Below are positions 25,710-38,870 of a DNA stretch of 64,000 nt, in pieces (position 1 is the first letter of the stretch; each line of letters opens with the position of its first letter). Where the stretch lies: positions 992,001 to 1,056,000 of the forward strand of contig JAQFVV010000002.1 in NCBI GenBank assembly GCA_028023455.1. The letters run 5' to 3'. This stretch comes from Epiperipatus broadwayi (taxonomy: Eukaryota > Animalia > Onychophora). Under the pieces are notes generated by a model, which did no database searches, was not told where the DNA came from, and was given only the letters and a program-made list of their open reading frames with translations. A program made the position numbers and the translations under genes.

Positions 25710-25742
<33 letters not shown>

Positions 25743-28700
25743 TGTCTTCTATATTCGATATCAAAATTTTCACCCACTCCCTGCTCTTTATTTCTCAAAA
25801 TAATTAACCAAACTAAAATATATTATTATAAAATTGCATGTCCACTGCTTACTAAGATGTGTCTCAAAATTAAATCAACTCTGTTTTTTTTTTCAAAATG
25901 TTTATTTGAAAATTTAATTCTAGCTTCAACCAAATCATTAAATTGAAACAAACTGCAAAACACTATATATATATCAACTGTAGGCATATTGCTTAAAACA
26001 TTGTAATTTTTTTGAAGGTCTTTTATATTTGACTCCAAAATATGTGAAATTTCATCTGCCTACTGCTCTTTATTTCTGAAAGTAATTATTCTAACTAAAT
26101 TAAAATGTTATTAAAGTGAAAGAAAAAAAATCTTTATACTGCTCTCTTGTGAGTGGATTTAAAACAAATGAAAGTTGTACTAATAATTTTTAACTGTGAT
26201 ACATTGAATTATTGAGTATTTTTAATATTTTCATATTTTCTGTTCCTTATTTAAGAAACTAGATTATCTACTGAAAAATATGGTGTTCCAAATGGTTTAA
26301 GTTACTATTACTTAGTTATATGCCAGATTTCAAGCAATTCTATTGAATTTAAATATATTAAATCTTAATTTCAAATTTTATTCTAACTTGAAAAAGATCA
26401 AAACTTAACAAACAAATAAACTGAATGAGTCTAATTTAAAAATTCAAGAATCTAAACTTGTAGCAAAAAAAAATCTTATATTAAAATAAAGAACATGGAT
26501 GGTCATAATCTCCATCATATACTGTTAACAGTAAAAACCTTTAATAAACCTAGAAAAATGATCATAGATAATAAAGATGGGATGTCTCTTATTTAAAATT
26601 GGATTCATTATGCAAAGTTAGTAAAGATTACTCCATAATAATGAGTACTAATATTAAGATGAGATGCAAATGGAAAACTTATCAATATAATAGAAATGAC
26701 TAAAGTGTTAGCAAAAGGAAATCTGTGGGCAATCTGTGTAAGAAAAAATAAATATTTCATAAAAAATAGTAATTTAAAGCCATTAGGTTGGCAATGGTTT
26801 AAAGCTTTAAGCATAAAATAATGCTTAGTAAATAAAAGAAAAAGGAAAGTATAGACAAAATATTCACAATTATTCATATCAGAGCAAGGAACACATAATA
26901 CAAACTTGGTTGTAGCTAAATAATGTGAAGGAGTAAAACCACTATATTATAGGTCATGAAAAAAAATCTTTTCTTTTCATGAGATAAGTTCAGGAAACTT
27001 TAAATGTTTTAATGAAAAAAAATCCTGATATGCATTAAAAATATATCAAGTGCCATTTTTATAAATGTGGTCAGGCATCATAGTGGTACTATTGGCATAT
27101 GAATGACTATTAAGAAGACTCAGAAACAGTGATTCCTCATTTTCCAATGTGACAGAGAAAGTATCCATTTGGTTTTTTTTGCAATGCAAGACCTCAATAT
27201 AACTTTCCCCCAAATGCCAATATCCAAAAAACAAACTAATTGACTTACTCTTGAAACCATAAAGTATTGCATAGATGTAATCATATTTATTTTAGAATAA
27301 TAAATCCTGAACATTTTTAAGAAAAATTAATACCATGTCAAAGAAAATAGATATGTCACACTTTACTTTATTGAGTATTAGTAACAAACAGCCAATAAAA
27401 TCAATCAAGTATATGTAATCAACTGACTGGCTTTATGTTTCATACACCAAAAAAAAAAAATTTTCTTAGGAACAAAGTATTAAGCCTGACCCAGAAGTGA
27501 TTAAAAAGAGTAAAAATGCACGGAGGCCAACCAAGTTTTTTTTACTAGATTTTTTAAGAGTTTGTGAACTTTATAAAAAACTTTTGGATAGAATCTTGGC
27601 CACACTTCTATTCAAATTGCTTTATAAGGGAAATTCCAGTTGTGTAATAAAGTTAAAAAAGGAGAGTTCCAAAGAATTGCTATCTTTAAACTGACTATTG
27701 ATTTATTGTGTCAATTGTTTGATCATATTCCTGACAATGAATATATCAGGGCCCCAAAATGGATTGTACTCAGCCATTCCTTTAAGAATGATGATTATAC
27801 AAGAATATTTATCTCAAGATCAATTCTGTAAAATAGTTATAGCAATATTTATATGAATGACCATTTAAAATAATTATTGAGTAGCAACTCATATATTCTT
27901 TAATAGAAAGGCATCATCAGTCCAAATAAATCTTGTAATAGAGAATTAATATAATAAATTATTAGAATATTGCTTTCATATAAATGAAATACAAGTAAGA
28001 AAGACAAAAAATGAAATAGCAATAAATTATATAGATAATTAGGGACCAAAGGTGATAAAATTCAAACTGTCTGGACAAAATCTAATCCTGAATAACATAC
28101 ATTTATGAAACTGATAAATGATAGTTAACCTATATGTTGATGAATTGCAGTTTAGAAAAAAAGTCAGATAAAGTGCACAGATGCTTTTTCACATGATGAA
28201 AATAAAATAAAAGTTAATTATATAGAGAACTGAGAGCTCAAATCATAAATAAACAAATCATAGCAACCTGGATAAAAATCAATTCTCATGCCAGGTTTTC
28301 ACGAAATGAATAATGCATGTTTAACCAAACATGGCCAAAATGCCTCCATTTAATTCTTGTGGAATTCATAATAGAAATTTCTACAAATATGAATTGCATT
28401 ATAGGTATGAATAAAGTGGCAACATCACTCCAAGAAAGCTGTGAAATATTAGAATTATTTCAGTATAGATATTCTAACATATGAAGAATAAAATTGTAGC
28501 ATGGACTATGTATGATAATTGAGATTATTATAAATATTGAGATGCCAGTCAGTAGCAAACACATCTCTGAAGAATTTTAACTCATGACCAAAAAATAAAA
28601 TATTATGGAACTGTATGCATATTGATTGCATCTACCATTTGAAAAATATTTTTCAGATATTAATTGTCTGCTTTAAACCTTCAGTAAAAAACTGCAAAGA

Positions 28701-31026
28701 ATATGACTTCAATGGGAACAATGAGAATTTTAAAATAAATATCCACATATTCTAAATCATATGAAACCTTGGTATCTGTTAATGATATAGGATTCACTTA
28801 GGATGATTTTGGAAATTATGCCATATAATGCCAAATCAAATGGAAAGGCTAAGAAAATGATGCAGCAGCTAATAACTAAAAGATACCTATTGTAGCTATG
28901 CTGTAGCAACACATCTTTCTAACTACAGTTATAAATAGATTAAAAATACTAATGGGATAAAAGTTCCATAATAAGATCTCAAACCAAGTATAAAAAAAAG
29001 AGATAAAAACTGATGGGAGAAATGTTCTTACATAATAAAAGAAAAAGTTTGGTTATGTAATAGTACATATAAGAAATTAATAGAAATGACTATTTTAAAA
29101 TGACCTCAAATCAAATAGTGGCAATTCAAATAGTTTTGGAACTACCTGTGCATTATTATATAAATCACATTCAATTTAATTTGAAAAGTAGTACTAAGAG
29201 TGAAATATAAATCCCAATAATAAATTACTGTAGTTAAACTAATAACAGTAATAAACAATAAAATAATTATGTTATTGAAGATTGTGGTACTACTTAACCT
29301 GTAAAAAATTCACAAATAGAATTATTAGATAATGAACATTAAAATAATATACTAAATGTTTCAAATAAGAAGAAAAAACATTTAACATATTTGGAGAATT
29401 ACAAATGAAGTTTGACAAAATGATACTAATTTGAAGTAAGGTAGAGTAGTGCTGTGTATTAAAATACTCATCACATGAGTAAATTAGTAATCATATAAGT
29501 GTGCTCAAATAAGAATAAGAATTTCAAATGCATGGGAGACTTGGAATATAAATTATTATAAATATATAATTTATAATAATTGGATAGTCGAGAGAAGTAA
29601 TTAATAAAAAGTGGTAGTTTAGTAAACAGTAATTATCTCAAAAAGCAATACTTAACATGTTAACAAATTGATTAATTTATAAACATACAAACTAAAACCA
29701 CCATAAAAACATTTTCAAGAGATTCATATTATTCCATAAAACATGAGTGTGTAGGAAGCTACGAGAACCAGGAGGCAATTTTTTGGAATAGAATGAAGTA
29801 GCACATAGAGAAAAAGAAGTTTGGTTTATATTCTTTTCATTCCTGTTAAAGAAGTAAATGTGGAATCAACATGCACATCTGGTCTATATTATAATTGAAG
29901 TGCACATTAGAGCCAAATTAGTAAAGAACATATAACTAAAGTTAATATTAAAATTATTTGTAATTATCTTTATGTTTTATGTATATTCTGTAACTGTCCA
30001 AAATGTACAACTCATATGAAAATCATCTAAGGGCAATCTGCATGTATGTTACACATTCTGACACCACAGAACAACAATTTCTTCTTTTACAGCCTGCTAA
30101 AATCAACTGGACACGTGAGATTCTCATCTTATTCTAATTAAATTATTGATTGCAAGGTAATGACAAATTGACAAAAAATAATGAGACATTACAATTTATT
30201 TATGCATATACTAAAAATCCATACATACAGTAGTGTAACGGACTTGTAAACTCACAAGACAAGTGCATACAATTATTTATTTATAACTTCTATTATTAAT
30301 TTTATTTATTAGTTTTATAAATTTTATGCACATACAAAATTATATACTCTGGTATAATATATTATTATATGATTCTGAAGATTCTAAAAAAAGATATCAA
30401 CCCACTGCACAGACTCATGATCACAAGTAATTATTATCATAGATTTAAGGTTTAATGACCTGGCCAATTGAGGATGATAATACTAAAGGCAAAGATAGAT
30501 CATTCTAGGAACTTGTTAAATAACTGAGAGCTATAATTAACTTTAGGCATTAATTCAGGTAAGTAACTAAAATAATACAGAAAATGTAAAATACAGGAAA
30601 TAACATCTGTATTACATTAATTTATGGAACACTAGAGTAAATGTACTATACATAAGAGTGATCAGAAGATGCATATGTATCACATCAAGATAGATATGAA
30701 GACAAGGCAGTTAATATTGAACAGGAATATCCATCTATTTGTATACTATTGCACTTAATAAAATAAAAAATGTAAGAGGCCAGCATTTGCAAAAAGTATT
30801 ACAATTATCTAAAATAAATGAAGTAAACAAATGTGTCTCATCCTGAAAGAAAGACAGCCTAAATAGAAGTGGCTAAGTACAGCAAATGCTCTAAATTATT
30901 CTTTCTCAAGCATGGAGAAATGGTTTGTTTAAAACTAAGAACTATTCATATACAATCAATGACAATTTTAATCTCATCTCCCTATGCATCCAGATTGAAT
31001 TCTCTTTAGGATTTGTTCAATTACAG
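20447..31026 (+). CDS. Candidate chain of small exons (20447-20512, 26256-26294, 30093-30114, 30547-30558, 30911-30922, 31010-31026)
   Basis: Pyrimidine-tract acceptors with GTGAGC, GTGAGA and GTAAGT donors on three of the segments. Phases join to LASKTRMENPEIIINMKRQFGLKLDYLLKNMVFQMPAKINWTRINSAWRNGFVQLQ. No homolog was recognised. Confidence 0.25.
21300..21430 (+). repeat. Compound (AAT)n/(GAT)n microsatellite
   Basis: Directly visible; it explains ORF 21264-21452. Confidence 0.98.
21470..24800 (-). mobile_element. CR1/jockey-group LINE, decayed
   Basis: RT motifs ENYRPISLL, QGSVLSPYLF and YADD; endonuclease VGDFN (23539-24027); ORF1-like YASFYVSIP...LW (24185-24478). Confidence 0.9.
24998..25039 (-). 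ncRNA. HHR motif, mutated core (CUGAUGG)
   Basis: ATCAA-CTGATGG-TTGCTggtttAGCAT-GAA-ATACATAT-A/TTGG. Confidence 0.55.
25077..25118 (+). ncRNA. Minimal type I HHR motif
   Basis: CCAA-CTGATGA-TTGATggtttAGCAT-GAA-ATATGTAT-A/TTGG; predicted cleavage after 25114. Confidence 0.7.
25548..25589 (+). ncRNA. HHR motif, mutated core (CUGGUGA)
   Basis: TCAA-CTGGTGA-TTGCTggtttAGCAT-GAA-ATATGTAT-A/TTGG; the homologous site lies after 25585. Confidence 0.55.
26480..29200 (+). mobile_element. Highly decayed Ty3/Gypsy pol (RT, RNase H, integrase)
   Basis: KPDPE...RRPT...FLRVCELYKKL near 27480-27600 and AKSNGKA near 28830 resemble Gypsy RT and integrase motifs; many stops. Confidence 0.6.
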
Positions 31027-31797
31027 GTTTAAAATATTGTTTATATTTTGAAAGAAGTGAAAATGACAGTTTAATTGATATTAATAAATCATAGCCTGAG
31101 ATTACTACAATAAACTTTAATTACTTTATATGAACTTATTACTGACTAAATTGTGGCATGATAAAGAGAACAACACAAGAACTTCTTGCCATATCTTCTT
31201 ATAACAGATTTAACAAATAATTACTGTCTAAAATATTTTCATTAGGGAGGAGGTAAATAATAGTAATGCTAGAGATTTATAATATTCTTTTAAAGTTCAT
31301 ACCTATTCTTTTTGACAGTAAAAGTTCAAGTTTATTCTTTAAGTATTAGTATATTTCAGTGAACTTTATCTATAAAACTATAGCTATGGTGGTGGTCAGT
31401 TTTGATCATAATTCAAAATTCATGAGGTATCACCAGCAATAGTTTATCTTTGTTTGATTGCTGATTTCTCCCTGAAACTTTGGACATTTATATAGTTTAG
31501 TCTTTGTTTGATTGCTGATTTCTTCCTGAAACTTTGGACACATTCAAGATGTTTTTCCATTAGTTGGTGATTTTCTTTTCTGTACTCAGTGATGGACTAT
31601 GGCTTGCACTTAGTTGATTGGCCAGAGTGAAGCAGATGGCATCTCCTTTACTCCTGTATGGTATTGAAACCAAAATACATGAATAAACACAGTAGCTGGA
31701 TAAGATAAGCTGAATTACTTAAAGCTTACAGCAGAATAAGCAAAATAAAATCAGAATAAGAATAATCAGAATCCTTACAATCGCTATTTATATATTT

Positions 31798-31932
31798 TTA
31801 ACCCGGCTTATCAGCAAAAATAGGATCCAATGGTAGTCGTTTGAATCCTTCTTCTATTGGCTGGAGATAATGTATGACTTCATTTTGATTCGCTGTTCGA
31901 TTTGCCCAATCATACCATTTATAAATTTTTAT
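31798..31932 (-). CDS. Candidate coding exon, possibly terminal, of an unidentified gene
   Basis: Acceptor ttttattaatttttctcaaag is followed by the open frame IKIYKWYDWANRTANQNEVIHYLQPIEEGFKRLPLDPIFADKPG*. It is GC-richer than its flanks and retains CpGs. Confidence 0.45.
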   Translation of the reverse strand: MKIYKWYDWANRTANQNEVIHYLQPIEEGFKRLPLDPIFADKPG

Positions 31933-34018
31933 CTTTGAGAAAAATTAATAAAATCACTGCCTAAATTACGTCAGATATTCATCTTCTTACTTAATTAATC
32001 TGTTTACAAGCATTTTAATTACTTTTTCTAAGAATTTCATTTCCACTTTATAATTGTTAATAAAAAAACACATTTTGTTTTAATATACTTTTAAAATAAA
32101 TTTATCTTTAATTATACCGTATACATTTATCTGTGCATATAAATTATATATATTTCTTCAAAATTATTTAAAACATTTATTTTTCAAAACCCTTCAAATT
32201 TTATTAAATTACCGACATGAAGCGTATATAAATATCGCTTCAATGTATGTATATTTTGTTCAGAGGATCTCTTTATTTTTAATTCATGTGATGTTTGACT
32301 CCTATTAAATAGCATGCAACTAGTATTTATTATTATTACATTTTTATTTACCACTGTCAAACTCACTCCACTCACAACTTTGACACCATTCACCTCAGAT
32401 AAATACAATAATGGTTACTACTAATCATTTTCTAAACTAGTGATTATCTCTAGCACAGATATAAACTTTAAACCTCAGTTAAAGATTAATATATCTGATT
32501 TTTTAATTTTAAACATACACACACATGGAGTTATTCAGCTTTCTCTTTCTCATGTGTAATATCTTTATAGATATATTAAACAACCTCCATACTTCTATTT
32601 ATTATTAAACCGAATAATCATGCAGAATATACATATTTATATGTGAATTCTCCATCAGTTTTCATATTAAGTATAAATTTTTAATATCCAAATAATGTTT
32701 TCTTAAATATTCTAAGAAGAAAACAAATTACGAATATTATTAAGTGAAGGACGATATCCATAAATAAATATTGAAGTACTAGAATAAATCATTAACAGAA
32801 TGGTAGTTATTTCGGTTTTTTCCTTCCTTAACGTAAACATACGTATCTGTTATATAACAATAAAAAAAATATTCTAATTTGTATATTTTAAAAAATAAAT
32901 AACGCGTAGACTAAAACAAATTAAGATATACGCATAAAGAAGGAATGCTGAGCATAAATAAAATTCACAAATAAATAAATTATAAATCACACAAATATGT
33001 GAAATATAGTTATTTGATATTAATAATTATTTAGACTTAATGTCTTTAATCTTTGCTATCACTTATAGAGAACGCTTAATCTTATTATATTTTAAAATAT
33101 TAATAAAGTTTTTTAATTATTTTTATATCTTGACTTATTAGAAATAAATAAAAAAGAATAAGATAAATACTTAATGAGTTCATGTTTATTATTTCTTTAA
33201 AACATTTTATCTAATGAATTTTGATTTGTATTTTTGAAAACAATTATTGTCTCATCTTTTATTATTTATATGAGTGAAAGCTTAGCAGGTAAGCAGACCA
33301 CCTGCCTTAATATTGGTGTGAAATTTCAAAATCTGTTCAAAAAGCAATTTTATTTTTAAGTCTCTCATCCATTATGCATGTATATATATATATGATAAGC
33401 TTATTTAAAAATAGTTTGAGGTAAGTAATAGGTTATTATGATCAAGCAATGATATAACTGAGGATAATAATGTGTTAGTGACAAAATTTACCACAATTTA
33501 TTTTATAAACTTTATATAGAATTGTATTAGTATCTTTAACGAGCTTTATGTTTTAAAAAAGTACACATTTCATAGCTCAGAAGTCAAAAGATTTTGTAAA
33601 TATGATTAATTATCTAATTAATTAACTTCATCTACTAAATCATTTTGGATTTAATTAAAGGGCTATTGATAACTTCTCAGGTAAAGCTAATTGGTTTATT
33701 CATATATAAAATTGGATTAAAACACTTACAAGAACATAAACACACAGTGAATTTTTAATTTATTAACAAATTAAGTAATATATTTAGTTTTTATATTGAT
33801 TAGTTTAATTTTCCCCGTTTGATATATATATAATTAATAATGATTGTCTCCAGTATTCTTTATAAATAATTTTAGTTATGATACAATAAAATTAAGCACC
33901 AGTTAAAAACATCTTACAACTTATTTATCAGAAATTTTTTAATTAAAAATTGAATTCTTCTAGTTCAATATTTAAGTTTTTTTTTTAAAGAATTATAAGT
34001 CAGTTAATAATACTTTTA

Positions 34019-34722
34019 AATATAACTTTTTAATAGCCTTAAATAGATGAAACAATACAGATATACTGAATAGTTTCACTGGGCTGTACATATATACTGT
34101 CAGTAAATGCAAACTGTAGATATATACCTTCATTTTAGCGCATACATTTTATTGCCATACTTACACACAGAGTATGATTTATATATATTTACACTAATGT
34201 AATTTTAAGACAACTATAAGCTATTCAGAAATCACTATAATTAATTAAAGAAAAGGCTGAGCTTCATTCCTAATAATCTCTTAATAATATTAAATTAAAA
34301 TTAATTGGTTACTCATACTTGTAGTGAATTTTTAATTTGCTATTAGCAAATTAAGTAATCTATTCAATTTTCATAGCGACTAGTTATAGTGATTTCGGAA
34401 TAGCTTATAGTTGTCTTGAAATTACATAAATCACACTCTGCCTATAAGTATATCAGTAAATAGTATGCTTATACACGATCAGAGGTTAAGTGGAATTGGC
34501 ACATTCTGCTTTATAGACTTTCGGACAATTATTGACATATAGCTTGCTGAGGGTTTTCAATAATTCCACATTATTTAATCTATTTTAGGCTATTAAAAAG
34601 TTATATTTACAACTATTAACTGAAAATTAATTGATATGTAGAAGTTGTTAAATATGAGGCTCAGCCTTTCCCTTTGATTAGTTGAAGTGATTTCGGAATA
34701 GCTTATAGTTGTCTTGAAATTG
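34019..34722. repeat. Nested inverted repeats
   Basis: 34197-34240 pairs with 34385-34427, 34019-34049 pairs with about 34570-34600, and 34200-34262 is inverted again at 34660-34722. Confidence 0.75.
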
Positions 34723-37407
34723 GTATATATAAATTATGCTGGGCGTTTTCAGTAATTCTGCATTATTTAATAATACTTTTATATGTGTGAATATTGAAAT
34801 TATAAAAATTATTTAAATATTTTAATAAGTTAAATTAAGTTATCTCTAAAAAATTTATAGATTTTAAATAGATGTTCACAGATTATTGATCTGAAAATTA
34901 CAAATTTAAGAAAACATTTTGAATGCTTTTTAAATACTTTTCAGTATTGTAAAACAGATGTGTGAAGATGGAAAATATTTATAAAGTTAATCTTCACACA
35001 AATAAAATATAAAACTTAGATATTAAGTTAAAAATGGTCTCACTTTTGGCTTAAAGTATTTGAAACAAATCATGTGTAGATGATGTTATCTCATTATCAA
35101 TGCTTCCTTTTTTTGATTGACACTTTGATTAATTACATTATATATAAAAATTATTTATAAAACATATACAGAAAATTTCCATTAAATTTTTAACATTTAA
35201 ATTTATACAAATATATAAGTCTATTCTTAAAATTTATAATTTTTTCTGAAAGAGCCATATGAGAGTGTGAAAATATTTAAAAGTTAAGATGTTCTCTATC
35301 TTCACACAGAAAAAGTATTAACAGTATTTCAGAAAATGCAATTATATGACATAATTATATCTTGTAATGTCTGATTTCAATTAGTACTTTGTGGCAACTC
35401 TTCTTACTTTCATTTTTGACTTACAGAACCAAAAACATATTGATTTATATTTTATAAGTCTAACAATTTCTAATTTTTATATTATTTGGATTTTTGTAGA
35501 GGCAAATAAATAAATATTGATATTAATGAAGTGAATAATTATTTTTTATTTATATTTACAATTACAAAATTGTATTATATATTAATTATGATCTTCATTA
35601 CTTAGAAGTTATCAAGTTGTCAAGGAAAAAATTACTAAAAATCATAGGTTTTATATGTAGTTTAGCATTTGAAGATAAATATTTATTTGGGTATTTACAT
35701 CTGTCAGTTGGTTCAAACAATAATGATTGCAATAATTATAAATGGAATTCATTAAGATTTTGGAGAATTAAAAGAAAATATGGAGCAATCAATAATTTGA
35801 AATATAAAAAACATTAAAACAAAGGCAAAATATTGGAAATATGAGAGGAATTGAATTAATTATAAGAAAAAAAGAAGAAAGACTAAATAGCCATATTTAT
35901 GAAATCTTTTGTAAAAAAAAAAAAGATCTTTTATAGCCTTAACCAAATTAAATGTAAAATAAAATATCAAACTCAAATGCAGTAATATTTATTAAACTTA
36001 ATAGACTACTGACAAATCAGATTTGTATACCAATAAATTCTTATTTTTATAAAAATGTAGAAAATTTCTATGTAAGATTTAGGTAATGCTTTTAATAATC
36101 ACACAACTTTTAAAAATGCAAGATTGAAAGATTTGAATTCTAAAAACTTAAAACATCTGAAATATAACTCACCAATGAGTAAATTTAAGCATGAAGAAAG
36201 GAATGAAAAAAGATATAGACCTGAAAAATTGGATGAAAAAGTAAAATTATGCATTAGGAGTTTTTTTTCTTTTAAAGTAAAATATAAGAATGGAATAAGA
36301 TTAAGTCTACCAATAAGTTACGTTACTTAAAAGCAGAAGCATTTAAGAACTTAGTAATCATTTAAAAAATATAACGTGTGTATTAAATAAAAGCCATTGT
36401 TGCAAAGGCTATTAAGAAAAGTCATAACAAATATGTGATGCTTATATCCCTCAAAAATACTCTTAAGAGTTAAACTGAAACTTAAAAATTAATTTTTAAT
36501 TGTTAGATAGCATTTTGATGGATGAACAAAAGTGATATCAGAAAAATAATACTAGACAGTTTTTTAAAAGGGTAAATATAAACCAAAAATAGTAACAATT
36601 TAACAAAGAATAGGAATGGAATCATGTTAAAATTCATAAAATGGTATTAAAAAATAATTAATTATGATATCCAGTAACATAACTCCAATGAGAAGAAAAG
36701 CTTTAAAAAAAATAGAATTCTCAATAATATAAAATTTTACCTTGATATTGGGAAAGGGAAGTTATTTCAATAAAAGTATTAAGAAGAATTTATGAGAATT
36801 GGCATAATAATTAAAGAACCTGGGAGGATTACAGTCTTATTAATTAAAATGCAATATAAAATTAATTCTATGAATAAGTGAAAGCTCGTGAAAATGATAA
36901 AATTATATTGATATTTGAAAAAGCATAAAAAAGCAGAGAAATTGTCAGAAAAATAATTTTCCCAACTATTTATATATGATATGGATATTCCATCCGACTA
37001 TAAGAATGATATAATGACATTGATATTTTAATAAAGAAATAGAGAGAGAGAAAGAGAGAGTGAAAAGAAAGATATTACAAAAAAAATAGAAATTATATTA
37101 GAAATTATCTTTTCTTGGGTTATACATGACATTTACTAAAATAAAATAAAATTGTATATAGAAAAGTTCAGACAATTACAAACCAAAACAATATTAATAA
37201 TATTTAAATACAATATTAATAAAAAACTATAATACATTCAAGAATTATAAAATGGTGCAAAAAATAAATGGTCATCTTTGCATTTTATATATATAGATTA
37301 GAATAAGTTAAATATAGAAAAAGAATATTTTCAAGATATGAAGAATATATTTACCAAAATATAACAGTAATGAATAAGTCACATTTATCGAAAAGCATCA
37401 GCAGTTT

Positions 37408-37717
37408 TTATAAAAATGTATTTATTAAAATAAATTATATACAATATACATTGTAAAACAATAAAAATAATACATCCTACATTTCAGCAGTATTCTATTA
37501 TTATTATCAAGGGTTACAATCTTCTACTGATATTTCTTTTTCTCTTATTACATTCAGAATTTTAAATTTAGTAGAAAAAAAAGCAAGATCAATAGAAGGT
37601 TGTAAATTCTTGATAATGTTCACTACCTATGATTGAAGTGTAAGTAAGGCATGTTATTTTCATTGTTTTATAATGTATATTATAATATAATTCATACTAA
37701 TAAATACATTTTTATAA
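37408..37717. repeat. Diverged fold-back element
   Basis: 37408-37470 is an imperfect reverse complement of 37650-37717. Confidence 0.65.
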
Positions 37718-37827
37718 TAAAAAAGGTTTATTTTCTTCCAAGCTTCCCTTACAGATAATGTATACAATAAAAATAGAAACAATGCATAACTCTAGCTGAA
37801 ATCCATATAAAATATTTAAAACTTTCC

Positions 37828-37999
37828 ATAGTTATATTATTGCAGCAGTAGCCCTTTAAATAAACAAAAGCCTGAATTTTTGCAGCCTATACATAACATC
37901 ATTTCAGCAAGCATTAAAATAATTTCTTTTTCATTTAACTGCAAAACTTCAACCTTTTATTTATTTAAAGGCTGTGTGTAGCTGAAATAATATAACCAT
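37828..37999. repeat. Diverged fold-back element
   Basis: 37828-37890 is an imperfect reverse complement of 37938-37999. Confidence 0.6.
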
Positions 38000-38299
38000 A
38001 GGATATTAACATAGAAATTGAACTCCCACTTTTAGATTCTCAAAAATTGAATTTATGACTAGCATTATGCATTGTTTTACTTTTTATATTTGAGTTTGTG
38101 GAGTAAAATGGCTATTGTATAATCATTCTAAGTATATTTAAAATTAAACATGTTGGTTTATTTGCAATGTAAGATATTTGCTTACTTACTTTCATTCCTT
38201 TTTTAAATTAGCTTACATTTTAATATATATATATAAAATAATCCAATAGAATAAAACTACAAAATTTAAAAAAAATGCCTATATAAAATTGAAGATTAA

Positions 38300-38870
38300 T
38301 ATCCTTTGCTATAGCCAGCTTCGGCATATTCCACCATCTTAAGTAGCAATATGTTAATATTTAAATATTATCAAACTCTCACACCAGTAACGTTCCCACG
38401 TGAATTACCTACTTTCCATAAATTGTGAATATTAACACAATGACACTGTTTATTCAATACATTATCCGTACTATTTATAAAATAGGACATCTTAATTTTT
38501 CTTTTCTTGAAATCATTTTCCATATGCAAAATAAAAACTCTATCAAAGCAGAATTCTTCATTACAAATCACTGCATGTTCTGCAAAAACAGATGTATACT
38601 TATCTGCAGAATAATGCAACTTATTATATAATAATTCATGCTCCCTAATCCTCTTTTTCAATGCACATTTAGTCTCCCTGATGTAATTATATCCACAATT
38701 ACATACCACTTTATATATAATATTACATTTGTTGCTTTTATCAATAGAATCTTTACCATTAATAACCAATCTTCCAGTATATATAATATTATTGCAGCAA
38801 ACATTGAAGAGAATTCCCTTTTTATTGGGCTGGAAAAATTCATGATGTTGTTTATTTAAAGGGAGAGTGT
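38300..38870 (-). mobile_element. Penelope-like element 3' fragment (GIY-YIG endonuclease) with a degenerate HHR at 38307-38348
   Basis: ORF 38371-38769 contains NIIYKVVCNCGYNYIRETKCALKKRIREH...VFAEH. Immediately downstream is TGCTA-CTTAAGA-TGG...CC-GA-AGCTGGCT-A/TAGCA. Confidence 0.85.

Larger units (their letters stand above)
24858..25715. mobile_element. Family B composite: an inverted copy plus two direct copies of an HHR-bearing PLE-pLTR-like unit
   Basis: 24858-25050 pairs with 25068-25268; the direct unit is 471 nt. The internal translation DSVAFEHSIIRFSIGWTVEELEGEVD resembles a PLE GIY-YIG C-terminus. (TAA)n lies on both flanks. Confidence 0.85.

Noticed and set aside
31448-31540. 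Short tandem duplication; similar 35-bp duplication at about 10846-10915
   Set aside because: Ordinary local slippage duplications with only two copies each.
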